A stretch of DNA of 23,466 bases from Tubiluchus corallicola. Taxonomy: Eukaryota > Animalia > Priapulida. The notes under the pieces were generated by a model. That model was given only the letters and a program-made list of their open reading frames with translations, did not search any database and was not told the origin of the DNA. The stretch lies in NCBI GenBank assembly GCA_030141605.1, contig JAQGDQ010001847.1, positions 1 to 23,466 of the forward strand. The letters run 5' to 3'. The translations under genes and the position numbers were made by a program. Shown in pieces: positions 11,547-22,708 of the stretch (within the stretch, counting starts at the first letter, position 1; each line of letters opens with the position of its first letter).

Positions 11547-13243
11547 GTAAGGCTATATGCTTGCTTGTCATGTCATCGTTTTGGTAAATACTTAACTATG
11601 TATAAGAAATGACTTTACTCATGTATTGAACACAAGCGTATAACTGTGTTTATAAAACAGTAGTTTATTTCACTGTTATTAAATAACTCATGAAATAAAA
11701 GGTTAAATAATTGACTATATAATAGTAGATTCTATTGTTGTACACAGTACACTGCATTATTGTAGCGAATGGCATTCAGCTTTTGTTGCATATACTGTAC
11801 TTTTTGTATCATTTGAGACATGTTTGGGTAAAAGCTCTAACTGTTAGAATTTGTTAAAGAATAGCACGAGTTTTTATTTATTAGGAGTGTACCTTTGGTG
11901 TCAGTTACAATAATGTTTAGTTAGTCACTGTATCATATATCATATCAGCGCATCTAGAACCTTCGTGATGAAATGGTTGATATGTTACTGATGTATTTCA
12001 CGAATATTGAAACCTGCTTTAAACTCTCTTTAACATCACAGTCTGCTGCAAATTAAAAACATTAAAAATTAACGAGTAATATGCTTCATTGAATAGGTCT
12101 GAAATTTAGCTATAATATAGTTCACCTCATCCTTGTTTGTTAAACTTTCGGACTTCTTAAGTATTATACTTTAGACTTACAAGTAGTATACATTATACTA
12201 TTATACTTTAGTATGGTGTCAGTTCCTCATTAATATGAGTAGGTTTTGCTTTCATTTAGGTTTTCATTGTTTTGCATATAGTCAGAATCTTTTAGGAGTT
12301 CCTTTACAAAAAATTTTTTACTTGTGATCTAATAGCAAAAGATCTTGTCATGTTTCTTGATTAAATTCATAAAATTTTGGCAAATTGATTGCTGTTTTGT
12401 TTAATAATTGTGTAGCAAATTCCTTGCAAAAAATGCAAAAGAAATTTTATCTCTCTTATTACCCGCCTAACTAAACGCACTGTGTGCATTTAAAAAATGA
12501 CCTAAGCTGGTGGATAGAGTGAAGGTACACATTGCTAAACTTGTACAGTTCAGTTAGAAGTTTCGCTGTTCTAGCTGTGTTCATGTGAAAATCAGTTATT
12601 GGGTCAATTAGCAACAACTTTAAAGCACTTAAAGTTATAGTTTATTTCAAAATGCGTATTACCTCACAGTACTATGGATGATTTATTTACAGATAAGCAG
12701 GGAATTTCTGCGAGGGTGCAAGCATGTAGTATGTAATGGGCAGGTTATTTGGCTTATATAATGTTCAGTTTTGGCTTGTTAATATAATTATTCAGTTACC
12801 TTGTCGGGGTTAACTAACTAAGATTTGTTGTTCTTGTACCGTCAGCGATAATTTGTTTTTATTGCCTAGTGTGCAACAAGATTCATCTTCATCATCATAA
12901 TAACTTCTGGTTTAATGTTTTTAATATGTTTGTAATTGTTTGTAGTTGATAAGTCTAACTGTAGCTGCAAAGAAGTTTGCCTTAAGCACTTGACGGTCCT
13001 GCACTGTAACTGAATAGCACCACTTTTCGTTCAAACTGAGCGCACCAAAGCATGAAACGATCATGACTTTAAATTTATTTAACTAATTACACGAGATGCT
13101 TCCCACAATTTAACTGTGGAAACTTTCTCTGACAATTTTCTCAAATAGTAAAACAAAGACAACTCTGAGTGCCTTGGCTTTTCCTTTAAGACCTACCATT
13201 TGCTTTTATTCGTGTCTTTACATTAATGCCATTTTGTTGAAAG

Positions 13244-13318
13244 AAAAAACGGAAGGAAAAACAAGATTCTGAGGAATCGATAGAAGTTACGGAAGAAGAA
13301 AAAAAGTCTTCAGATAGT
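13244..13318 (+). CDS. NUDC: nudC coding exon 5 (variable charged linker)
   Basis: ttttgttgaaag|KKRKEKQDSEESIEVTEEEKKSSDS|gtaagt; 75 nt, phase 0/0, fits between exons 4 and 6. The AAG acceptor is weak. Confidence 0.75.
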
Positions 13319-14069
13319 GTAAGTTAAGTTAGCTGTTTCTTTTTATTGTCTATGCGCTTATGTATAATTATATGTGTTCGTGTTTAGTTATGTTTGAACT
13401 CGGATAGTATTAGATGTGTTTCCAAAGCAGAAAATGATTTTATTTTTTTCATCTTATGAATGAGTAATTTGTGAAATAGTTTGTAGGACAGGAAAGATGT
13501 ATCTTATTATCATAAAATAGATATTGTCATGGAATTGATAACAAAATTATTTTCTGAACTGCACAGCCTGTTAATCCTATGTGTTCCAAGAAAATCTCAT
13601 TCTATCATTTGTAAATAGAAAATTCACAAAATGCATTTGCAACATTTGTGTTTGCAAGTGAAAGAAAGAACTCATTGTTTTAAGTTTCTAACTGTGCTGA
13701 CTGTTAAGTGCTTTAGTGTTGCCTTTACATCTCTGATTAAACAAGTCTAAATTATGATGTTGTGCAAACTTGGGTGAAAAATACTCTTGATTGAGAATTG
13801 AAAGACACTTAACATTGGCTTAGCACTTTTGCAAGTAATTTTTGCATTCTCGTCTGGTTTTCAACCAATCCTGTCTGATTAAGTGGCAGCTTAACGTTTG
13901 TGCGAATAAATGTGTAAAAATGAAATTTAATTGTTGTTTTTGCCAGAATATTTTTCTATTTTATAGCTTTAGGTAACTAGCTACTGAGTCATTTTTCATC
14001 TTATCTGTTAACTCTTGTGCTAACATATGCCTGAAGTAGATAAACCTTGATTTCTATGTGGTCGTTTAG

Positions 14070-14174
14070 GATGAGGATGAAGATGAAAAAGACAAGGGTA
14101 AACTAAGACCAAATCTTGGGAATGGAGCAGACATGCCAAATTATAGATGGACACAAACTTTGAATGAGATAGAG
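14070..14174 (+). CDS. NUDC: nudC coding exon 6 (last one detectable; start of CS/p23 domain)
   Basis: gtttag|[35 protein letters not shown]|gtgcgg; contains the conserved KGKLxPNxGNGAD..YRWTQTL motif. Confidence 0.95.
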
Positions 14175-14689
14175 GTGCGGAAGATGCAGAAATGCAATAG
14201 GTAGTTATTGTACCTTTAACTAGTTTAAGGACTATACAGCGGCGAGAAATTCTTTACATATCACGTCCGATAATCACAAAACAAGGTATAGTACCTATCG
14301 AAAAAGAGCGAAGTCAAAATCCGTGGATTTTTGCGGACGGTACAATATTTTATGCGGATTGCTCACACATCTCCTCTTGCGAACGGCGGACTCAGTAACA
14401 GCTAAGCCCAAAAGCCAAGTAAATAACAATAAATTATTGACACTAAGTTTTTTCTTATTGGATTATATTTGTATCGGCAGGGACGTATTAAGGGTTTCAC
14501 GGTTTCCTAAGGCTGTCCCACAAACACAGGGCCTAAACGTTTAGGCTATGCATAACTCTGCATCAAGTGCTATACTGCTGATCCCGATATGCACACGCGA
14601 AAATTTGAGCACAGAACTGCACCCAAATTAGCTTAAAAATAAAATATCAGACTCATGCATAGGTTAGATCGCCACCAAACTTAGCAGAA

Positions 14690-15000
14690 ACTGTTAAAAA
14701 TATTATGGAGTTCTTCAATTTATGAATAGACTTATCAAGAGCTTGTGCGTTACACATGATGAATAGAAATGATTCTGTTTGTCACGGATGTTCGCCTGGG
14801 TTAAAAGGCGAGTTGCTTATCATCACTGAGGTTACTTCTGATGAAGAAAGATTGAAGAACAAGAAGCATGCTACACAGTGCACATATCTAAATGTGCTAC
14901 TCTAACAAGTGTCAAGTTTTTGTATCTAAATGGCCTGTGTGACAAATATGTGGGTCTAATGCTGTTCCAATACATGCAGGCTCCATCGATCAAGTGCTTG
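14690..15000 (+). mobile_element. Possible decayed piggyBac-like transposase C-terminus
   Basis: Frameshifted read LQFMNRLIKSLCVTH/MMNR...KNKKHATQC..KC..CDKYV resembles the piggyBac final helix plus Cys-rich domain. Pattern recognition only. Confidence 0.3.
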
Positions 15001-15784
15001 CCGGTAATACACGAAAAAGAAAGGCAATATCCTTGTTTTTTGTGCTCCGTTTAAATAAATTTACACAAAAAAGAAAGTCAAAATTAATATCCTTGTCTTT
15101 CGTGTTCAGTTTATAGATTTTAGTTATGTTGTATAGTTGTTTACTAATTAACATTATCTCCGCTTAATCGGTTGTCAGTCTCAGGATACCAAAGGCCTCA
15201 CAGTATTTAAGGCCTAACCTTTTAAATTGTAGGCAAATGTTCCTTAAAGTGGCGTTTATGTAGCATGCGATACGTTTTGTGGTTGGGGAATAGATAAAAT
15301 CGGTTTGTATTGTTTTCTACACACCCGCTGTAAATGCTCTATGTTATTTCAAAGGACATCGTTTATACGTAATGCGGGATACCGTGTGACCAAATTAATC
15401 GCCCGCGCAGTTTTCCCGTAACAAACCAATCAGAAACGGGCTTTGTTAATACGTTAATCGGCAAGGGCGCTGCTTTAGCTGAAAAAAGAGATCTCTACAC
15501 ACGTGCTTAATGGTCTTTTTTGCAATACTTCATACACTGATGTACGCCTGTGCCTTCTATCAATTTTACGATTTGGCCTGTGTAATAAATAGAGTGCCAA
15601 CATTTCATCTACAACATAAACGGTCAGAATCGGTATGGGAAGGATAAAGATTCCCGTCCTGCCACCACCATCTAGATTAAGTAGGCCCTGCCGCTGAGTG
15701 TTTGATTGTAGCTTGTAGAGTGCCAAAGTATAAAATTGTAAACTTTTTGGCTAAATTATCATTTTCACTATTTTAACAACTTAC

Positions 15785-16196
15785 TTGTGACGAAGAATCT
15801 GAAGTAGAGAACGAGTGAGATCTTCGCTTCTCCCGAACGACACACTGCTCCGTGTCGATGGCCGAAGAGTAACCGGGATAAGGAGACGGAGCGGTATCGG
15901 CTTCTTCAGGAACCACCCACTGTTTTGTGTTCGGAGAATCGGAGTACGAAGACGAAACCGAGTTTGTCTTGTCATGGATGACACGTTGCTCAAATTCTGT
16001 TGACGTCAAGAAAGGAGGAATACTGCTGCTGTCGTTGTCGTCATAGGCAACATATGGGTCATAATCAGACGGCATAGACTAAGCAGACGGATTTTGCCTC
16101 GTGTCTCTTTGAAAGAGGCATTCGTCGGAGCACAGCGACGGGGTACTCCGGGAACGTTCCGGAGAACGACACTCTTCGTCGCTGCTGCTGGCCAAG
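15785..16196 (-). pseudogene. EDRF1: Probable EDRF1 exon 5 (Ser/Asp/Pro-rich linker) with in-frame TAG
   Basis: gtgtttttag|C LASSSDEECRSPERSR...NPSA*SMPSDYDPY...SDSSSQ|gtaagt. The phase-2 start completes Ser from the exon 4 terminal AG. EDRF1 proteins have a low-complexity linker after SKFLYxS. Identity rests on position and phase, not on a conserved motif. Confidence 0.7.
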
Positions 16197-16449
16197 CTAA
16201 AAACACGGAGCATTATTTACAAACAAAGCAACAATGTTGCAGCCAGAAATTTTTGCTTCTCAGCAATAGCAACGACGGCAGGTTAAAAACAGCAATACAG
16301 CTAAGAATAGAATTTCTTGACAATCAAAACTTTTATCAATGTTGCGTTTATCACAGTCAGGTGAGAAATGCAGCAGTAGGGCGCTTTTGAAGGCCCAGCG
16401 TGCATATATATGTATATATGATTATCGTGTTTGCTTGGCTGTGCTACAA

Positions 16450-17410
16450 CAAGATTAACAAATAAACATACAACTTTGCAGTGTGAACGAATGGTCATGT
16501 AGATTTTATTTATTATTTATTTATTTATCAATAAACAATCCACGACAATCATCGCAGCATAGCACTTCCAAAAAATTGGATAAGATATTTATTATTATGT
16601 ACACAAGATGCCAAGCTGCAAATGACTCAAGGTGTAATTACTTGTTGAGAGCACCCCAAATGAAAGAGGATTGAGAAAAGTAGAAAAGAGCAGTAAAGAA
16701 GTAGAAAAGAAAAGTTGAAGAGCAGAAAGAAAGAGAAAGATGTGACGGTATCTGTATGAAGTAACGAAAACTATAGAAATACTAAAATGACATAGCAACG
16801 TGATGGATTCCGACAGGGGCAGCAAAGTAATTAGTCAAATTGATTTATTCTATATCATTTGAGAAGATTTCACTTTGAAAATGTCTTTTAAAGTTATTTA
16901 TAGATAAAGAATTTTTTATGTGTTCATTGATGTTATTTCAAAGTCTAGGAAACAATCTACTCTTTAAAATATTGAAAGGAAACACATAATTTTTTAAAGA
17001 ATGACTTACGTGAAAGAATTATTATCATACAAACACAATTTCGCGTTCGCGCTGCTAGTTTTTCACTGTTACATGCATTTCACCATTTGCTAGTTAGATA
17101 GGCTCAAGCACCTGCATTTTGGAAACATGCTGCACGAAAACAGGTGCTGTACCTCTCACTTCAGTCTTGTTCGTTTGTGATGTAATACACATGTTTCATA
17201 GCTCATGCGTGAGCACAGCAGTAAATTTTTTAAATTTCAATTTTTATTTTAAAATTTGTCTAGTTTTTGTATATCACACTGAATGTTGTACATCAGCGCT
17301 GTACTTCAATTTTCCGCAAACACATGCAACTCGCTCATCGAATGTTTGTGTTGCTGAAAATTATGTTCAGTTGTGATGTACATTCACTAGCCGGCCTTGA
17401 ACGAGGTTAA
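16450..17410 (+). mobile_element. Dispersed repeat, possibly the 3' part of a decayed piggyBac-like element ending at TTAA
   Basis: 16950-17208 is a direct, diverged copy of 20945-21187. The segment ends ...CCTTGAACGAGG|TTAA (17407-17410). A degenerate RKRKM*RY..TKTIEI..K* stretch near 16730-16800 resembles a Cys-rich domain. Repeat status is solid; the family call is weak. Confidence 0.4.
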
Positions 17411-17684
17411 AAAGTTTTTTTTACCTATTATTTAATTATCACAACTGCTTTGGCAGTATTATAGGCATTAAAATGTGTACATTTTACTGTACTTCAAAAT
17501 GGTGTAGGATAGGAAAAATCGTCCTGTTTCGCTTTAAGCGCAAGTCTAGCTCTCCTGCCTTTACGGATCAAACATTTCTACGAAAAACAACAATCGTATC
17601 CTTTGTTCTCAACAGTTACGTTCATACATACAGTATGTGTTCATTTATTCACTACTGCCACCTACTGTTACAAATATTAATTAC

Positions 17685-17764
17685 CTATGATACAAGAACT
17701 TTGAAAACATGTTTCTCTTCTGCAGGGCTCCTCTGCTGTTGTCAGGGCGACCGATATCCAAATC
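17685..17764 (-). CDS. EDRF1: EDRF1 exon 4 (left copy)
   Basis: aattttag|DLDIGRPDNSRGALQKRNMFSKFLYH-AG|gtaatt; contains the conserved SKFLY(Y/H)S motif; phase 0 start, phase 2 end. Too short for the ORF track. Confidence 0.9.
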
Positions 17765-18040
17765 CTAAAATTTGTTACATAACGTAAGAACATGTTTTAT
17801 GATGGCGCATTGCGGAGCCACATGGTTCCATGAAATCTAATGACATTTCGTTAAATGCGCATTTCCGTGTGCATATAATTTTCCACTTATTACAAAAACC
17901 ATAATACATAAATACTCCTCCTTAACATATATATCTAGCCAACATGCCTGAAGATATGGACACAATAAATATAGCGGATGCTCAAAGCCACAAGTTTCAT
18001 TACGTTAATTAAAAGGTGAGGCCTAGCTTTCTGTAAAGTT

Positions 18041-18389
<349 letters not shown>

Positions 18390-19265
18390 CTGTCTCTGAC
18401 AGCAAACTCGCAAGTGTGAACTACTTTGCGAGGTTACTGTTTCTGACAACAAACTCACAAATGTGAACTGCTTTGCGAGTTACTCTCTCTGACAGCAAAC
18501 TCACAAATGTGAACTGCTTTGTGAGTTACTCTCTCCGACAGCAAACTCACAAGTGTGAACTGCTTTGCGAGTTACTCTCTCTGACAGCAAACTCACAAGT
18601 GTGAACTGCTTTGCGAGTTACTCTCTCTGACAGCAAACTCATAAGTGTGAACTGCTTTGCGAGTTACTCTCTCTGACAGCAAACTCATAAGTGTGAACTG
18701 CTTTGCGAGTTACTCTCTCTGACAGCAAACTCACAAGTGTGAACTGCTTTGCGAGTTACTCTCTTTGACAGCAAACTCACAAGTGTGAACTATTTTGCGA
18801 GTTACTCTCTCTGACAGCAAACTCACAAATGTGAACTGCATTGCGAGTTACTCTCTCGGACAGCAAACTCACAAATGTGAACTGCATTGCGAGTTACTCT
18901 CTCTGACAGCAAACTCACAAATGTGAACTGCTTTGGGAGTTACTCTCTCTGACAGCAAACTCACAAATGTGAACTGCTTTGCGAGTTACTCTCTCTGACA
19001 GCAAACTCACAAATGTGAACTGCATTGCGAGTTACTCTCTATGACAGCAAACTCACAAATGTGAACTGCTTTGCGAGTTACTCTCTCTGACAGCAAACTC
19101 GCAAGTGTGAACTGCTTTGCGAGGTTACTGTTTCCGACAGCAAACTCGCAAGTGTGAACTGCTTTGCGAGGTTACTGTTTCCGACAGCAAACTCACAAGT
19201 GTGAAGTGTTTTGCGAGTTACTCTCTCTGACAGCAAACTCACAAGTGTGAAGTGTTTTACGAGTT
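18390..19265. repeat. 46-bp tandem minisatellite, ~19 units
   Basis: Consensus CTCTCTCTGACAGCAAACTCACAAGTGTGAACTGCTTTGCGAGTTA; period of 46 confirmed at 18541/18587/18633. Confidence 0.97.
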
Positions 19266-19377
19266 CCTGTCAGCAAGTTATTGCAAACTCTCCAACAGTT
19301 GTTATGCGGCGATGCTCTCTAGTCTGAAAACGCTTGCGAGTTACTTGGTAACCAAAGTTGCTAGTCTGAACGTGCCC
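19266..19377. mobile_element. Single end of a PIF/Harbinger-like non-autonomous element adjoining the minisatellite
   Basis: Terminus reads TTA|GGGCACGTTCAGACTAGC on the minus strand (TWA target, GG-starting TIR style). TAGTCTGAA is repeated at ~19320 and ~19362. It shares the TTGCGAGTTA motif with the array. The partner TIR was not found. Confidence 0.5.
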
Positions 19378-19388
19378 TAACTACTTAC

Positions 19389-19577
19389 CCCTCGCTGCAT
19401 GGCTTCAACCACGTGAGTGTAAAAAAATCTCCTAAGCCATTTCCATTCGGTTTCTTCAGTTCTCAACAGATGGCGATGAATGTCAAAGTCGTCCAATAGT
19501 AACGTCTTTCCAATACGATGTACCATCATGCTTATGTGGGATGGGTTGTACGCCATCTTTAGCAACTTTTTGATATT
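19389..19577 (-). CDS. EDRF1: EDRF1 exon 3 (left copy)
   Basis: ctttag|NIKKLLKMAYNPSHISMMVHRIGKTLLLDDFDIHRHLLRTEETEWKWLRRFFYTHVVEAMQRG|gtaagt; matches the EDRF1 motif NIKKLLK..Y...HxSMxVHRIGxTLLLD. Confidence 0.94.
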
Positions 19578-20594
19578 CTAAAGTAAATGCAGGATTTAGT
19601 AACTTTACAACCTGAGAAATCAGATTTTTATGTGCTAGTATTGCACACTAGTAACGAAATAGTTTTGCAATGGTGACTATTAAGGCCAGTGTGAACCTGA
19701 CTTAATAAATTTTATTTTTTTAGCCAAGGTGGCTCCATCTAGCTGGAAAGTTTAAAGTGTGGGCATTGACCTAGTTATGTTTTTCATTATGCTGTTCTGT
19801 AGTGTATGTGAACATGTGTCTTGTGCAAGCTAGCGAAATTTTTCATTAGATATATGCCGCAACGATGTAAGTTTATTTCTATCAATTTTTATTTTTATTT
19901 ATTCATTGATATTTTTGATTGATTAATTAACTGTCAATCTAATTAAACTATGTAACTTTTCATAAAATTAGCTAATGTCAGTCACTTTTGCTTTTCTAAT
20001 TTAATTTTTAAATATTGCAGAAATAAAGATCAGTGCTTTACATGAAATTCAACTGAGACTTTTGAAGATAAATGCCTCTCAGAGACACCAACAGTGACTG
20101 TGGATTTTTAATCAACGAGACTTGAAACTTGCAATATTAAATCAATTTACCGAACGGCAATTTCATAATTATGAACCTTATGAAAAGCACATTTTGTAGA
20201 GCCAGGAGACATCCCACTTTTTAGTTTCCTGTCGTCCCACGGAAAATAAGTAAGATTTGTGATACGTACAAACTAACAATGTCTGACAGACAACAAACCT
20301 GTCATCGTATAAGCTATATAAACAATGATTTTAGAACAAAACCTAACAATTATTTGTATAAAATAACTAAATTATCCTCTTAAGGTATGACTCCATGTGT
20401 GCGTAATGCGTATACAATAGTTTGTACTTAAACATGTAGAAGTGTTTCCATGTGTACATAATGCAATATCCGTAAAGGTGATGCATATTCGAACGTGATC
20501 GCTATCATTTAAGCTAAGGCTGTAAGTGCATGTTTTTCAACAAACAGCGATCTGATAAATTTTCAAATTTTGAACACAGTAAATAGACTCTTAC

Positions 20595-20658
20595 CTCCGA
20601 ATCACTAATGACGTCAACTTGCCCAATCGAATCGGGGAAAGAATTTGCCATAGATAAA
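20595..20658 (-). CDS. EDRF1: EDRF1 exon 2 (left copy)
   Basis: ttttcag|T LSMANSFPDSIGQVDVISDSE|gtaaga; matches the EDRF1 motif MA..F.DSxG..VDVxSDSE; phase 2 start, phase 0 end. Confidence 0.92.
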
Positions 20659-20944
20659 CTGAAAAATAATAATAATAATGAACCACAGATACATGTACAA
20701 AAATATAACTTCTGCAATATGTCTTTTCGTGGTTCCAGCGATTGATGATGATCGTGAAAAGGTCAAAAGTTAAGTGTACCAAGCAAGCATTTATGTAGAC
20801 TTCAGTATGGCGGTGCCTACAATGAAATTATCGCGACAGAAAACGATTTAAAGACAAAAACATAGAAGAAAATATGAGTTATAGTTCGTTTGGTATAATT
20901 AACTGATTAAAGCAAAACCGGACCCAATCTTAAGCTGTACGTCA

Positions 20945-21187
20945 AAACAATCTACTCTTTAAAACATTGAAAGGAAACATACTATTTTTTCAAAAATGAC
21001 TTATGTGAAAGAATTATTACCACATAAACACAATTTCGTATTCGCTGTTACATGCACTTCGCCATTCGCTAGTTAGACGGGCACTAACGCCTGCATTTCG
21101 AAAACGCTCTGCATAAAAACAGGTGCTGTACCTCTCAGTTCAGATGTGCTAATTTGTGACGAACTGCACACATTCGACAGCTCATGC
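20945..21187 (+). repeat. Dispersed repeat fragment, direct diverged copy of 16950-17208
   Basis: Shared blocks AACAATCTACTCTTTAAAA-ATTGAAAGGAAACA, GTGAAAGAATTATTA, AAAACAGGTGCTGTACCTCTCA and AGCTCATGC. Confidence 0.85.
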
Positions 21188-21297
21188 AACAACTACTTAA
21201 TTAGTACATATTAGGCTCTGCCTATATAAACTGGTTGCATGTCTGTAAATTTACCACTGATGATGACAGCAGTAGTCTGTTTGGCATGAAATTAACT

Positions 21298-21561
21298 TTA
21301 TAGACAATCTTTACACATTTGTTGACAGCATAATCCAAATTTGGGAAAACAACTCGGAAATGTAAAGCGGCATCTTTTTTTAATCGATGACATTAACATC
21401 ACATACAAGCTGTTGTCTGACAGCTGCTCTCTACATTCGACTCCATGACATTTGTCATGATGAGTTTTAAAATAACCTATCGACTGACCTTTCAGAGAGC
21501 AAATTTCCATAGTGCTGTATAAAGGAATGTCGGAAACACGTGGTGCTTTTGTATTTTGCAT
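21298..21561 (-). mobile_element. Possible piggyBac-like Cys-rich C-terminal remnant in EDRF1 intron 1
   Basis: ORF-track peptide KCHGVECRE...KKRCRFTFPSCFPKFGLCCQQMC resembles the CxxC...RxxCxxC.xKxGLC pattern. Weak support. Confidence 0.3.
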
Positions 21562-21780
21562 GTCTGACCTTTCAACAATAAGTGCCGTACTTATGCTTTG
21601 ATGGTTTTCATATTCATGTCACCTGCTCTTGACTGAACGTGTTGCTTTTGGAAGCAACGAGTCCAATTTGATAAGTTAAATGTATTAAAAACAACATTTT
21701 ACTGACACGGGACATCGTGACCGTAAAGTAAAAGTTTTAGTAAAACTAGGTTGTTTTATCTACAATAGTCATGTAACTTA

Positions 21781-22537
21781 TTGTTGAGTAAATGGGTAAG
21801 CAAAAAGGTGGGACAAATTAGTTATAATCTGTTTAATGTTGATGTATTCCTGGAAGAATAGAATGAACACAGCTGAGACTAATGAAATCTGAAATGAGGT
21901 GGTGATGACAGGAGTGCAATTAAGTATAAATAATTTTCTCTGTAAGGTAGGATTCAAAGAGTTTAAAAAACTTTAAATAACGTCTAGATGACAAAACAAA
22001 CGCAATTTAAAAATGTTTGGAAATGCGATGGCCAATCTTACCTAGAGAATGAAGTATGGTTTTTAAAAGTCCATGGCCCTTTCAAACCAAACTTTGTCCC
22101 ACGTTTCCGCAGCCAGCTGGATGGTGGGTCGTTCAGATTCGTCTTGTGTTTCAACCACGAGAAACGAGCCGGAGTTTGCACGTTGCTGTATTTGACTACG
22201 GCCGACGATTTTATTTTCTGATGGTTACTGTCAGAATTCAGCTTACTTCCCGAAGAATCAGCACCATCATCGTCGGTTTCCTCAACATTAGGAAGTGAAC
22301 TTTCCAACATGTTTTCTTAACTACTCCCTAAGAGATAATAGAAAAAGGTAAGTACATGTATACACACTATTCACGTGTCGCACAAAATACCCAAGGACCG
22401 ACCTGAGGCGCTATTACATTTTCGCACCGCCTAGCTTTTCCTGGCCTATTGGTTCTTTTCACGCCTGCAGGCCAGAAAGCAGACCAACAGGCGTAATATA
22501 CACCATATTCCCATAATATTATTGCTTTTTACGCTTT
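21781..22537. repeat. Left arm of inverted duplication (the part verifiable within this window)
   Basis: Reverse complement of 22709-23466, with about 11 substitutions and one 1-bp indel by hand comparison. Confidence 0.97.
22042..22310 (-). CDS. EDRF1: EDRF1 coding exon 1 (left copy)
   Basis: MLESS...KIKSSAVVKYS...KTNLNDPPSSWLR...SFS-AG|gtaaga; matches EDRF1 KSxAVVKYS..TxLxxPPxxWLR. Confidence 0.92.
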
Positions 22538-22708
22538 GTAATTCCAGATTAAAATCATACATTACTTACCGCCGGCATTACGCAGAAAGCTCCACGTGCA
22601 TAACTGTGTTTACACCACTAATGCGCAGTGACAATGTGACCCTTAACATGTATTTTTAGTTTCTTCGCATAATTTATGATTATTAGGGTTGCGTTTTCAC
22701 TGGAGTAT

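Noticed and set aside
15781-16390. Cluster of overlapping ORFs (15781-15993, 15815-16003, 16006-16206, 16094-16390)
   Set aside because: These are alternative-frame and antisense shadows of the GC-richer probable EDRF1 exon 5.
14217-17410. One large TTAA-flanked piggyBac spanning 14217-17410
   Set aside because: The putative ends (CTAGTTTAAGGACT vs CCTCGTTCAAGGCC) match poorly, and the interval contains a phase-compatible EDRF1 exon.
17494-17577. Minus-strand candidate terminal exon KCLIRKGRRARLALKAKQDDFSYPTPF* for EDRF1
   Set aside because: The real exon 4 (17685-17764, SKFLYHS) explains the gene. From its phase-2 donor this segment hits a stop within three codons.
17726-17782. Plus-strand acceptor TTTCTCTTCTGCAG giving a possible nudC exon 7 (GSSAVVRATDIQILKFVT*)
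   Set aside because: It has no similarity to the NudC CS domain, and the site is the antisense of EDRF1 exon 4 codons. It could act as a cryptic exon, but nothing here supports that.
18390-19265. CRISPR-like array of palindromic repeats
   Set aside because: The units are head-to-tail with no unique spacers, there are no cas genes, and the context is a eukaryotic intron. It is a minisatellite.
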